From: Kudoa neothunni
Taxonomy: Eukaryota; Animalia; Cnidaria
DNA length: 64,000 nt
Direction: 5' to 3'
Assembly: GCA_964304625.1 (NCBI GenBank)
Contig: OZ199838.1
Span: 15,552,929 to 15,616,928, forward strand
The translations under genes were made by a program, and so were the position numbers. This document shows, piece after piece, positions 14,892-24,032 of the stretch; the first letter of the stretch is position 1; every line of letters starts with the position of its first letter. The notes below the pieces were generated by a model. That model had not been told where the DNA came from and did no database searches. It saw only the letters and a list, made by a program, of their open reading frames with translations.

Positions 14892-15229
14892 AAATTTATA
14901 GGTGGCGCTAATCTGCTCCCAAGATATACGACATCGCCACCCGATGATTAACTAGATAGTGTAGGATAGCCCAATATTACGTGTATGTTGAATTAATGTT
15001 ATTGTAAGGATTTTAAAGTTTCCTACTATTTCCGTGAATAGTTGACACGCATTGGAATTAGGTTAGTGAATAATGGCCAATACCATTTTTTTCTTTTTTT
15101 GAGTCTGTTGTATGAAATCGAGTTATCAGCGAGATCGACATCATTCATTTGAGTTGTAATCAATGGCAATATATGGCATAGTTATATTAATGTATGTTTT
15201 AGAATCTTTTGGGAATCCATTTGGAGAAT

Positions 15230-15364
15230 TTCTCCACACAAGAACCTAAATTCTTTTTTCCAGTCTACAAGTGTGTTTATGGAGGAAATCCTTGACTCGT
15301 ATATTATAAATTTATTCCTACATTCGTGAATCCAGTAATAAATAAGTTATAAGATCGTCTAAAA

Positions 15365-15398
<34 letters not shown>

Positions 15399-15693
15399 GT
15401 AGAGTAAATCAAAATACGTTAATTTTTAACTTTGAAAATTCGAAAATAGAATTCTTACACAGAGAAAGAAATTTCCGACATTTTTTATTGTTACATCTCC
15501 GAGCAACTTTACCTATAATCATTTTTGTTTCTTTCACCAGTTTCACGGTACTGGTTTTACATTTGGTACATACATCGATTCTATTTTTTAAAAACTCTAT
15601 AAGTTTGTCTTTGTTCGAGCACAACTTGTAAATTTTGTTTGTGTTGAAAATTTTTACCATTTCAAGCTTCAAACCACGTGAGTTACCAATCAC
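15230..15693 (-). mobile_element. Third Merlin-like transposase fragment (N-terminal Zn ribbon), interrupted by (TA)n
   Basis: CTKC...RCNNKKCRKFLSLCKNSIFEFSKL; after the microsatellite, YYWIHE...TLVDWKK. Confidence 0.6.
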
Positions 15694-16279
15694 GTTACAG
15701 TTTGGGTGATTTCTTGTTTCTGAATAGAAACTTTTACATACATATATTATTCCACAATATAATAAATTTGGTTAAATAATTTGATTTATTTCTCTTTTTG
15801 TACTCATTTACTTTTTTCAAATCAATTAGCGAAGACGTTGAAATGTTTTAGACTTTAAATTTGTTCCATATGTTGATATAAAAATAAGTTTAAATGCTCG
15901 TAATCAATTATTAACTATATTATTATAATGAAGTAGCTTTAACTTTGAAATATAAATAATATTATTTCTGTCGTGCCGTTATCAAATCATATTAATAATC
16001 ACCTCGAATGTAATTTTCGTAAAATTATGAGATCGGGCTAATATAGCATAAATGTGACGAAATGTATATTATAATTAGTTATCTGTGATTTTGTGATATA
16101 AATTCTAATAATATACGCATATAAATCTTATATTATTATTGTTGACATGTAACCCTGAAAAAATTATAAAAACTAAAGTAGCCGTGCAATTATTGTTTGA
16201 TGCATAAAAGAATGCGCTAGCTACAGAATATCTGCCAATTTCTCACATTAGAGCGAAATTGTTTGACGCATACGCAGCG

Positions 16280-17260
16280 GGGCACCACCAATTCTGATAT
16301 GGAGGGTATGATTCTGAATGATTGCTGTAGTTTAAGCAGTGTTGGGGCATAATTTCATCTGTCCCTTTCATAATGGCTTCAAATAGTTCTTGGTTCGAAG
16401 TATTTTTATTACGTACAATTGACTTTAACTGATGAAAATATTCCCCAATTGTGTTCAAGAAGGGACTGTAGCGTGGTAGGAAGAAGAGTCTGTGACCGTT
16501 AGTTTCAATTTGTCGCGTAAGTTGGTCAGTTATGTGGAACCTCACGTTGACCATTACCGAGAGAGCATTGTCAACTTCGTTTATGTAAGGATCATGAAAT
16601 AATTTCTCGCGAAATCAAGAGAATATTTCCTGATTTACCGAACCTTTTGCTAGGTGAAATGTCCTTATCTTTCCTGATAATATTGCGTTCATTAGTGTAA
16701 CATTTTTTGAACGGATAAATTTCACTTAAAAGTTTGCTCTAGCTCCTAGTGGTGACCTGCCAAAAGACCTTCACATGGATAGAGAAATCCCAGATTTGTC
16801 AATGTAAACTATGATTGGGTGATTAGGTCTACATTGTGGATATTCCATCACATAACGATATAGCTTTAATTTATTTATTAGAATTAAGGTTACTTTTTCT
16901 TTTTAATATAACATGTTAATTTCTAGTGATTGTAACAAATGATGTTATTTTAAAATAATAATGGAAGTGAATTAGGAAGTTTTTAACTATTTGCTTAGTA
17001 ACTTGAATATTATGTATTTCTTTGAGTTTTTGTGCAATCATCATATACAAAATTTATAATGAATACTGTATGCACATCGGATAATTTTGATGGTCGATTA
17101 CCACCTTCTTATTGATTGAGAAAACACCTTCCTGATGTCGTCTTAAAATTCGTCTAGTCGTTGATTTGTGAACACCCATGAACTCAGTTATGTACTCGTT
17201 TGTACATTTGTAGGACATTTCACAAGAAATCAAACGAAAATTAATTACTTTTTCTAAATT
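16280..17260 (-). mobile_element. Degenerate Tc1/mariner (IS630-like, DDE_3) transposase
   Basis: HRLFFLPRYSPFLNTIGEYFHQLK (YSPxLNPIE motif) and VYIDKSG near 16800; multiple stops. Confidence 0.8.
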
Positions 17261-17564
17261 AACAACTTTAATTCACATGTCCGTAGGTAATATCACATAT
17301 TTCCGTTTATTTGTGTTATTTTGATTATGATTGGATAAGGGTGTATTTTGATACAACAATAATGTATTTTTAATTAAAAAAATTCATAAAACAATTGATT
17401 ACATTTTGATATGCACAAGTCATCGATTATGTGCCCAGGATGCATTTTGATTTTGGAATACAGTAAGTACATTCTTTTATGTATTTATGTTATGATTATG
17501 TCATTCAATTCAATTAAAATTGACTATTTTTACATATTTCGGAAATTACGAACACGTCATCGAC

Positions 17565-18124
17565 CTTATATAGCCCCTATGTATCGTATCTGTCTATCAA
17601 ATAACTTTTATAGATTATTCTGCACGTATGAATATGACCTTCCACATGAGCTCTAATGTTTTGCGACTATTTATATTTAGTCCAATTTTTATGTATTATT
17701 CTCTCCCAAATTAGGTTATAAGAGGATATAAAGTCCGCTCATCATTCATAAATAATGAAACAGTAGAATCAAGCAAAGCCTTGTTATCATTGGTCGAGAT
17801 GACATTTTAAGAGTTACTGGTATATCTGAGGCAAGTAGACAAATTTCCGAACAATAATATCAACAGACTTATCGATTGAATAAATTGTGTCGATGCATTT
17901 TTATGTTCTAAATACATTTCATAAAGGTGGAAAACAACGTCGGACAAATCCGTGTCGTAACATCTCAGCGTAGAGAGCTCGCACGTCATTGAGGGACGTA
18001 TCGGTAGATTCACCAAAGTGTAGGGAATCATTTGCGATTAAAATTTCCAAAATATAAACTGACAAAAAAAACAAAAAAGCAAAGGCACAGACAGACGGGA
18101 TTTGAACCCGTGATCTTCGGTTTA
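17565..18124 (-). mobile_element. 5' relic of an older related non-LTR element, starting with a 3'-half tRNA-Thr
   Basis: 17892-18124 is near-identical to 23768-23997. Beyond that it is diverged and frameshifted but homologous to the large ORF (IDKSVDIIVRKFVYLPQIYQ*, NVISTNDNKALLDSTVSLFMNDE, LELMWKVI, DRQIRYIGAI). Confidence 0.9.
18083..18124 (-). pseudogene. 3' half of tRNA-Thr (anticodon loop 3' side to acceptor stem) with a 4-bp duplication
   Basis: Minus strand TAAACCGAAGATCACGGGTTCAAATCCCGTCTGTCTGTGCCT; the 5' half is absent. Confidence 0.9.
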
Positions 18125-18324
18125 AAATACAACATATCGATCTGTAGATCAAGAAAAATAATTGTTATTATATGACTAAAACTGATATTATGTTTTGCAA
18201 ATTTTGGTGGATTTTGGTAGTTGGATTTTTCTTGCGTTATTGGGGATGAAAATTGCATGGAGTTTGATGGATATTAGGATGGAAAATATGGAAATTAATG
18301 CACTCAATGATGGACAACAGCAGA

Positions 18325-21300
18325 CTATACGTGATTATTCCAAACAAGTCTGGAATCCTCAAGCACAGAATGCGTGATGTCCTTCATGAGGCGTCTTCGG
18401 ACTTTGGTGTTTTTCAATAGGCAAAACTTGTGAAGGTTCTCCATTGTAGACGGGTGATGACTACCGAGGGCGCCAAAAATTAGAGAGGAGCGGAGTACAC
18501 CCCATCCTCTTTCTTCCAGAGCACGTCCCTCGGGAGCATACTTCTCCATTTTGTGGCGAGAAACTTCATTCAGTCGATCCATTCCATTCTCATAAGTGAT
18601 ACTTACCTCAATTACATGGATCGACAAGGTTTTGTAGTTGATTAATAAGATATCAGGGCGGCGCTTTGAGATGTGTTCAGGGAGGGGGAAGGAATGTCCT
18701 TTCTCCAGAACCCAGTATTGTTTGGCCTGATTCTTCTTTCCATCGAGTGCCTTTTGGATTTGTTCCGCCACAAGTTGGACGACGTGGTTATGTCGAAGAG
18801 TGCGTAACTTTTCGCCACGTTTGCATCCGCCTATCACATGCCCCAAGGTTTCAACGCCACAGGGACAGTGACGGCAGATTGCGTCCGGAGCCATTTTTGC
18901 GCGGAACATTTGCGATTTCGTCGATAAGATATTCAGCCGAGCCATAATTGCGAAACGATAGGTGCTCAACTTGACATCGCACTTACGGAGCCAATTGTTT
19001 GAAGGAGAGAACCAACTAAAACAGTCAATACACTTACCTTGTTCGATTTGGTTTTGCCAGCTTTCAAGGTGGGATTGTTGGATGTGCCAGCGCAAATGGC
19101 GAATTCGGGTTGGTTTAATTGATCGTTGTTGGTTGACATTTTGGGGTTTTTTCAAAAATTCATCATCGAGGTCGAGTAGGATGGAATTGGAGTTGTTCTC
19201 ATCAATGTGCTCAATGAGTGGGATTTTCATGAATTTACGATGGATTCGAATAGAGGACAATAATGAGCGAACGTCGTGAATTTTCCCGAGTTCGGTCTCA
19301 AGATTGACATAATCGAGGACAGATTTTGAATTTTTGGTTCTGAAATCGACGATCTTCTGGATGGATTGGGCAGCAATATGGCGGACTTTATCATCGTTGG
19401 AGTTGAGAATATTCAGACCCATTGCGAGACGAAGAGCAGTGTAGTCTTGACGAATACTTCTTAACCCAAGACCTCCCAAGAGTATAGGCACATAAAAGAA
19501 GTGAAGGGAACTAGTGTGTGGAATGTTAAGCCATTTCCTAACGCATCGAAGAATTAGTTGATCAGTTTTGATGATTTGCTTTATTTTTAAACTGTGGTTT
19601 CGCAGACTAAACTCTAACGTTGGGTACAAGTAAGTTTTTAAGAGTTCAGTCTTTTGGAATGGCAAAAGTGGGGAATTGGTTAATTTGATCAATTTAGTTT
19701 GGAATTCTTCGAATGGTTTGGGGAGATTTTTGAAGGATTCAAGATTACTCATAACACCCAAGTATTTGTAGTAATCTGTCAGTGGTAAAATTGGTTTATT
19801 ATCGACTTTTAATGGGTTTATTCGATCAAGAGAGGGATCATTGATAGTTCGCTTCTTGTTTTTGAATGTGATGGTAAATTTTGAGCATTTGGTGTGATTA
19901 AGTTCCATTTGTAAATTGGATAGGTAGTTCTTTACTATGTATAGCAAACGGCACATTTCTGATTGGGAATTTGCAATTAGAACCAAATCATCAGCAAACG
20001 CTTGAATACTTATCTTTCCATCGTGTAATTTGTAACCAAATTGTGAGTTATTGATTTTATCCAGTAGTTCATCGATGCACATATTGAATAACATGGGAGA
20101 CAATGGGCAACCTTGTCTAACACCACGTTCATTCATGGGAATTTTAACAGATTGGCCAAGACTATCCGAAATGATGTTGTAGCTTTTGGAATAAAGATTG
20201 GAGATGAATTGTTGTAGATTTTGTGGAAAGGAGAATTTATTCATAACGTCTTTGATTGCATAGTGAGGCACAGAGTCGAATGCTTTGGTTAAATCAAGCC
20301 AAACTATACATGCATCGTCGCCGTTTCTACGAGATGAGTCCAGGATTTCCTGAAGTACAAATGAATGCTCAGCACATCCATCGCTTGATGTAAATCCTTT
20401 TTGAGAGGGTGAAAGTTCAATGGAGCTTCTGATTTTGTAATTGACCACCGACATAAACAGACGATAAATTGTTTGAGTTATTGATATTGGTCGGTAAGAT
20501 AGGGGATCACTGTGTGTTGGATTATCAGATTTGGGTAACAGTACTAGTCTACTTTCCAGCCATTCATTAGGTGGAGTGTTTGATTGAAGTATTTTGTTGT
20601 AGATCGCTGTGAGAATGTAATCAGATTTAGGTAGTACTTTCCAGAAACGCACTGAAATTCCATCAGTTCCGGCGGTTGTATCGGTTTTTGCTCTATTAAG
20701 AGCAACACTGACTTCTTCAGTATTTATAGAAAACACTTCATCATAATCATCCGGGTTATAGTATGGAGTATTTGCGTTCTTATGTTTTTTGGATAAAGAT
20801 ATAGATTGTTGGGAATTTTGTGAGTCTTGTGATTTTGGTTGGGAGGGTACATTTGGAATATTTGGCCGTCTCTTCTTTATCTTTTCATTTTGTTTAGGAA
20901 TTTGAAAGTCAGAATCGACAGATTGTGATGATTGGGTAGGAACCAGGCCCACATTTGGTTTATTGGAGTTTCTCATAGACGCAGGAGGAGGCAGATTAAA
21001 CGCATCATAGATTTCCTTTGCTGTAGCAGTACACCACTCGGGCTTTTTCTCAGTTACTTCTCTGAAGCAACGCTTTGGGTTCAATCGGTATAAAGCTCTC
21101 AATCGTTTAATCGCCTTTTTATCAAGTGTATGATTTGATTGTGAAATAGAGGATTGTTTCGGTGTATTCTTCAGTGGTTGAGAGGCGGCTTTTTCATTAT
21201 CAGGTTGACCAATATAAATTGATTCTGGAGTTGGCTGTGAATTTGAATGGGCTGGAAATCTTTGATTAATATTTGGAATGTTTTCATTTGAGACATTGGA

Positions 21301-23907
21301 TTTTGGTTTGTAGATAGGTACATAGTAGTAACCTAGTTTCTTGGCATGGATTTTTGCAAGAGCAATAAATTTCTCGTATAATGAATTAATATCCAAAGAG
21401 TTATTCTCATTAATCAATTTTATCAGCTGGTCTGACGCTATCTTGAGTTTTTCCATTCTCTCCGCTTTTTGGCGTTTTTGTTTGGCAGGGTAAGTTTCAT
21501 CTTCTTGGATTTCATTAACTGCTTCTTCGATAGGATCAGTTAAATGAGGAACATTAGCGATTTTGGGGATTCCCTGTTTCTTGGGTATTTTATTAGTTGC
21601 ATCATTGTTGGATGTGATAATATTCGGGTTTTTAGGGACTTGCTTATTAGAGGAATCTTCAATAGTGATTTTTGTGACTCCTGTTGCTTTGATTGAGTTT
21701 GATTTAGCTTGCAACAAAAAGTCAGCAATTTCTTGAGAATTGATTGATTGGGAATCGATAATTTTATCGTTATTGATATTTTTAGGTAGATTTTTAGTGG
21801 TAGTTGAATTTGAATTATTATCATAGGATGCCTTAGGATTCAGTTTGGAAATGGGCATTGGAAAGTCAAGCGTGGAAAAACCTTGGGAAGTTAATACATT
21901 TAATTGTTTTGGAGGATTGTCTTCAACGGGATCTTCGAGCGTGGAGAAATAGGCTGTCTCATCCAGTATTTTAACGTCTTGCAATTTCGGTGGAGATAAT
22001 GGCGGTGGATTTTCAAACAGAAATTGTATATCTGTAGATTGGTATTTGTTTTGATCATCAGTATGTTCTAGATTTTCAACATTAGCCTCATCCAGCAAGA
22101 TAATTGATTCCTCTTCTAATATGGCTTCATTTAATGAGATTTCATTACAGCTAATATCTCCCTCGGAGTCTTTTGGAAGTAGAATTGTCATATCACAATC
22201 CTCAATGTTCCTGTTCATAGCTTCGTTAAGAAATTGAATAAATTTAGCGTGATCAGCATCAAATATTTCTTGAGAGTTGTTAAAGAAATTATTTAGCTCC
22301 TGATTCTGATTAATGCCAATCCAATTTTCATTTTCATCTTCATTAATATTGATCTCATATGGGTCCTGGTTAGTAGATTGTGCATTAGAGTTTTCATTAA
22401 TGTTTGGTGTCTCAATATTTTTAATCTCATTTATTGTTGCTTCTAACTCAAGTTTATTACGCTCGAAATCAGCCCACCACTTATTCTCAGCGTTACGCTT
22501 ATCATTTGCATCTGCATTACTATTTGCGCTAGTATCAGTTAAAATTTGATTTAGCTTGGGTTGGTTCTTATAGTTTGAATTAACTGTATCAATTGCATTG
22601 TTATTTATTGGAGAAGTAGATGTTATATTAACAGTAGGTGGTACGACGCTGTTGTCATTTTTATTTGTTGCGTCATCATCATCAATTATGATATTATTTG
22701 TAGAGTTTCCTATTGATAATGTCGGATTATACGGTTGTATGATAGTTTTCGATAGATTAGTTGATGCAACAAAGTTCTTTAAACAATCGCTTGGCAAAAT
22801 GTTAGAAGCATACTGGTGCAACAATGCAATAAATGTAGGTTCGGGGTTGTCATCATCAAAGGTGGATTTATATTCACTCGGAATATTTGTAGTAGGTTGG
22901 TTAGATTGATGAGGAGATTTGTTAGTTAATTTTCCCACGAGTTGCGCTGATAAAGGATTACCTGCTTTGTGAGTATTGTGGAGGAGAGTAGTTGTTTCAA
23001 TTGGTTGATCCTCTTTTAATGTAGGATTGTCAACAACTGTGTTAGTTTCGGTAGGAGATATTGCCAAGTCCAATGAGTTGTGTAGAATAACTTGTGTATC
23101 ACATGAAAAATTATCGAGATTATCATCAATATTTTTATTATCAGTTGAATTAATTGATGTATCATGAGTTGAAGTGGCAATAACAGGTAATCCGTTTTCA
23201 TTAGAGATATCCGCCATGGTTGTTTTCGGTGACTCGTCAGTGTTAGTTGGTTGGATTTGATGTCGGTTTGTTGTTGGAAGGATCGAAGAAACTGAGGGTT
23301 CATGGAGGGTGTAATTTCCAGAGTCATATTCGTTAGAATAGATGGAGATAACTTGAGTTATTTTAATACTCAGGTTGGCACGGATTAAGGAAATTGGAAA
23401 TTTTCGTTTGTTTAAATCATCAATAATGTTCTTTTTCAAGTCATCAATAGCCTCCTTGTAACGTTCCCGTCTGTCTAGTACCACTTTTGTTGGCTTTTTC
23501 GAGCTTCGAGAAATGACCATCCACATGAGCTTCAAAGAAACGACAATTTCTATTGGTTCCTGTTCAGATTTTTCATGGAAATTTGGATCAAACATAGAGT
23601 ATGTGGTGTTCTCATCGTTCATATAAAGGGCAATGGTATTGTCAACCAACTTTTGATTATTTTCAGTTGATAAAATATTTAGAAAGAGTTGCTGGTAACT
23701 CTGGAACAAGTACAGAAACTTCCTCACAAAGTTGGCGATAGACTTATCGACAAGAGAAAGTTGTACAGATGCATGTTTATGTTCTAAATACATTTCATAA
23801 AGGTGGAAAACAACGTCGGACAAATCCGTGTCGTAACATCTCAGCGTAGAGAGCTCGCACGTCATTGAGGGACGTATCGGTAGATTCACCAAAGTGTAGG
23901 GAATCAT
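18325..23907 (-). CDS. Retrotransposon polyprotein: long N-terminal region, reverse transcriptase, CCHC knuckle and PD-(D/E)xK restriction-like endonuclease (1860 aa)
   Basis: RT motifs AGTDGI, YRPISIT, QKGF, WLDLTKAFDSVPH, GVRQGCPLSPMLF, AFADDLV and YKYLGV; CRHC..ETLGHVIGGC; RHNHVV; RRPDILL..IEVSI..KMEKY. LYRLNPKRCFREV and SPLLPFQK resemble NeSL/Utopia elements. Confidence 0.97.
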   Translation of the reverse strand: MIPYTLVNLPIRPSMTCELSTLRCYDTDLSDVVFHLYEMYLEHKHASVQLSLVDKSIANFVRKFLYLFQSYQQLFLNILSTENNQKLVDNTIALYMNDENTTYSMFDPNFHEKSEQEPIEIVVSLKLMWMVISRSSKKPTKVVLDRRERYKEAIDDLKKNIIDDLNKRKFPISLIRANLSIKITQVISIYSNEYDSGNYTLHEPSVSSILPTTNRHQIQPTNTDESPKTTMADISNENGLPVIATSTHDTSINSTDNKNIDDNLDNFSCDTQVILHNSLDLAISPTETNTVVDNPTLKEDQPIETTTLLHNTHKAGNPLSAQLVGKLTNKSPHQSNQPTTNIPSEYKSTFDDDNPEPTFIALLHQYASNILPSDCLKNFVASTNLSKTIIQPYNPTLSIGNSTNNIIIDDDDATNKNDNSVVPPTVNITSTSPINNNAIDTVNSNYKNQPKLNQILTDTSANSNADANDKRNAENKWWADFERNKLELEATINEIKNIETPNINENSNAQSTNQDPYEININEDENENWIGINQNQELNNFFNNSQEIFDADHAKFIQFLNEAMNRNIEDCDMTILLPKDSEGDISCNEISLNEAILEEESIILLDEANVENLEHTDDQNKYQSTDIQFLFENPPPLSPPKLQDVKILDETAYFSTLEDPVEDNPPKQLNVLTSQGFSTLDFPMPISKLNPKASYDNNSNSTTTKNLPKNINNDKIIDSQSINSQEIADFLLQAKSNSIKATGVTKITIEDSSNKQVPKNPNIITSNNDATNKIPKKQGIPKIANVPHLTDPIEEAVNEIQEDETYPAKQKRQKAERMEKLKIASDQLIKLINENNSLDINSLYEKFIALAKIHAKKLGYYYVPIYKPKSNVSNENIPNINQRFPAHSNSQPTPESIYIGQPDNEKAASQPLKNTPKQSSISQSNHTLDKKAIKRLRALYRLNPKRCFREVTEKKPEWCTATAKEIYDAFNLPPPASMRNSNKPNVGLVPTQSSQSVDSDFQIPKQNEKIKKRRPNIPNVPSQPKSQDSQNSQQSISLSKKHKNANTPYYNPDDYDEVFSINTEEVSVALNRAKTDTTAGTDGISVRFWKVLPKSDYILTAIYNKILQSNTPPNEWLESRLVLLPKSDNPTHSDPLSYRPISITQTIYRLFMSVVNYKIRSSIELSPSQKGFTSSDGCAEHSFVLQEILDSSRRNGDDACIVWLDLTKAFDSVPHYAIKDVMNKFSFPQNLQQFISNLYSKSYNIISDSLGQSVKIPMNERGVRQGCPLSPMLFNMCIDELLDKINNSQFGYKLHDGKISIQAFADDLVLIANSQSEMCRLLYIVKNYLSNLQMELNHTKCSKFTITFKNKKRTINDPSLDRINPLKVDNKPILPLTDYYKYLGVMSNLESFKNLPKPFEEFQTKLIKLTNSPLLPFQKTELLKTYLYPTLEFSLRNHSLKIKQIIKTDQLILRCVRKWLNIPHTSSLHFFYVPILLGGLGLRSIRQDYTALRLAMGLNILNSNDDKVRHIAAQSIQKIVDFRTKNSKSVLDYVNLETELGKIHDVRSLLSSIRIHRKFMKIPLIEHIDENNSNSILLDLDDEFLKKPQNVNQQRSIKPTRIRHLRWHIQQSHLESWQNQIEQGKCIDCFSWFSPSNNWLRKCDVKLSTYRFAIMARLNILSTKSQMFRAKMAPDAICRHCPCGVETLGHVIGGCKRGEKLRTLRHNHVVQLVAEQIQKALDGKKNQAKQYWVLEKGHSFPLPEHISKRRPDILLINYKTLSIHVIEVSITYENGMDRLNEVSRHKMEKYAPEGRALEERGWGVLRSSLIFGALGSHHPSTMENLHKFCLLKNTKVRRRLMKDITHSVLEDSRLVWNNHV

Positions 23908-23939
23908 TTGCGATTAAAATTTCCAAAATATAAACTGAC

Positions 23940-23955
23940 AAAAAAAAACAAAAAA
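23940..23955 (-). terminator. Pol III terminator T-tracts downstream of tRNA-Thr
   Basis: T6 and T9 runs just 3' of the tRNA on the minus strand; duplicated near 18064-18078. Confidence 0.8.
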
Positions 23956-23959
23956 GCAA

Positions 23960-24032
23960 AGGCACAGACGGGATTTGAACCCGTGATCTTCGGTTTACAA
24001 GACCGACGCCGTAACCACTTGGCCACTGCGCC
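23960..24032 (-). tRNA. tRNA-Thr (anticodon TGT)
   Basis: GGCGCAG TG GCC AAGTGGTTAC GGC G TCGGT CTTGTAA ACCGA AGATC ACGGG TTCAAAT CCCGT CTGTGCC T forms a full cloverleaf with intact A and B boxes. Confidence 0.97.

Larger units (their letters stand above)
13159..14971 (-). mobile_element. Merlin (IS1016/ISXO2-like) DNA transposon with TIRs and an 8-bp TSD, containing two transposase pseudogenes
   Basis: Left end GGCTATCCTACACCATCTGGTTCATCATCGGG (13159-13190) is inverted at 14940-14971, flanked by CAATATTG / CAATATTA. Motifs GGPGKIV, IWTDGWGGY, HTNIIEAAWS and GGPYIVVQIDES. Confidence 0.9.
18125..23997 (-). mobile_element. Full-length non-LTR retrotransposon with restriction-like endonuclease (NeSL/Utopia-like), inserted in the tRNA-Thr anticodon loop
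   Basis: Single intact ORF, a ~200-nt 3' UTR and junctions with tRNA sequence at both ends. The 5' boundary depends on whether the 230-bp duplicated block is element sequence or a TSD. Confidence 0.9.

Noticed and set aside
13452-16554. Bacterial IS1595/IS630 elements suggesting contamination or recent HGT
   Set aside because: Merlin and Tc1/mariner are the eukaryotic members of these families. They are decayed and embedded among intron-containing genes.
18083-18124. A second functional tRNA or a tRNA-derived SINE
   Set aside because: It lacks the 5' half and A box and has a 4-bp insertion. It is better explained as the split target.
18666-23327. Several 78-105 aa ORFs overlapping the retrotransposon ORF
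   Set aside because: They are antisense or alternative-frame shadows with no recognisable motifs.
17892-23997. The 230-bp direct repeats read as LTRs, with the tRNA as a primer-binding site
   Set aside because: There is no protease, integrase or TG..CA ends. The RT and C-terminal CCHC/RLE are non-LTR type, and the downstream repeat continues into a homologous older ORF.
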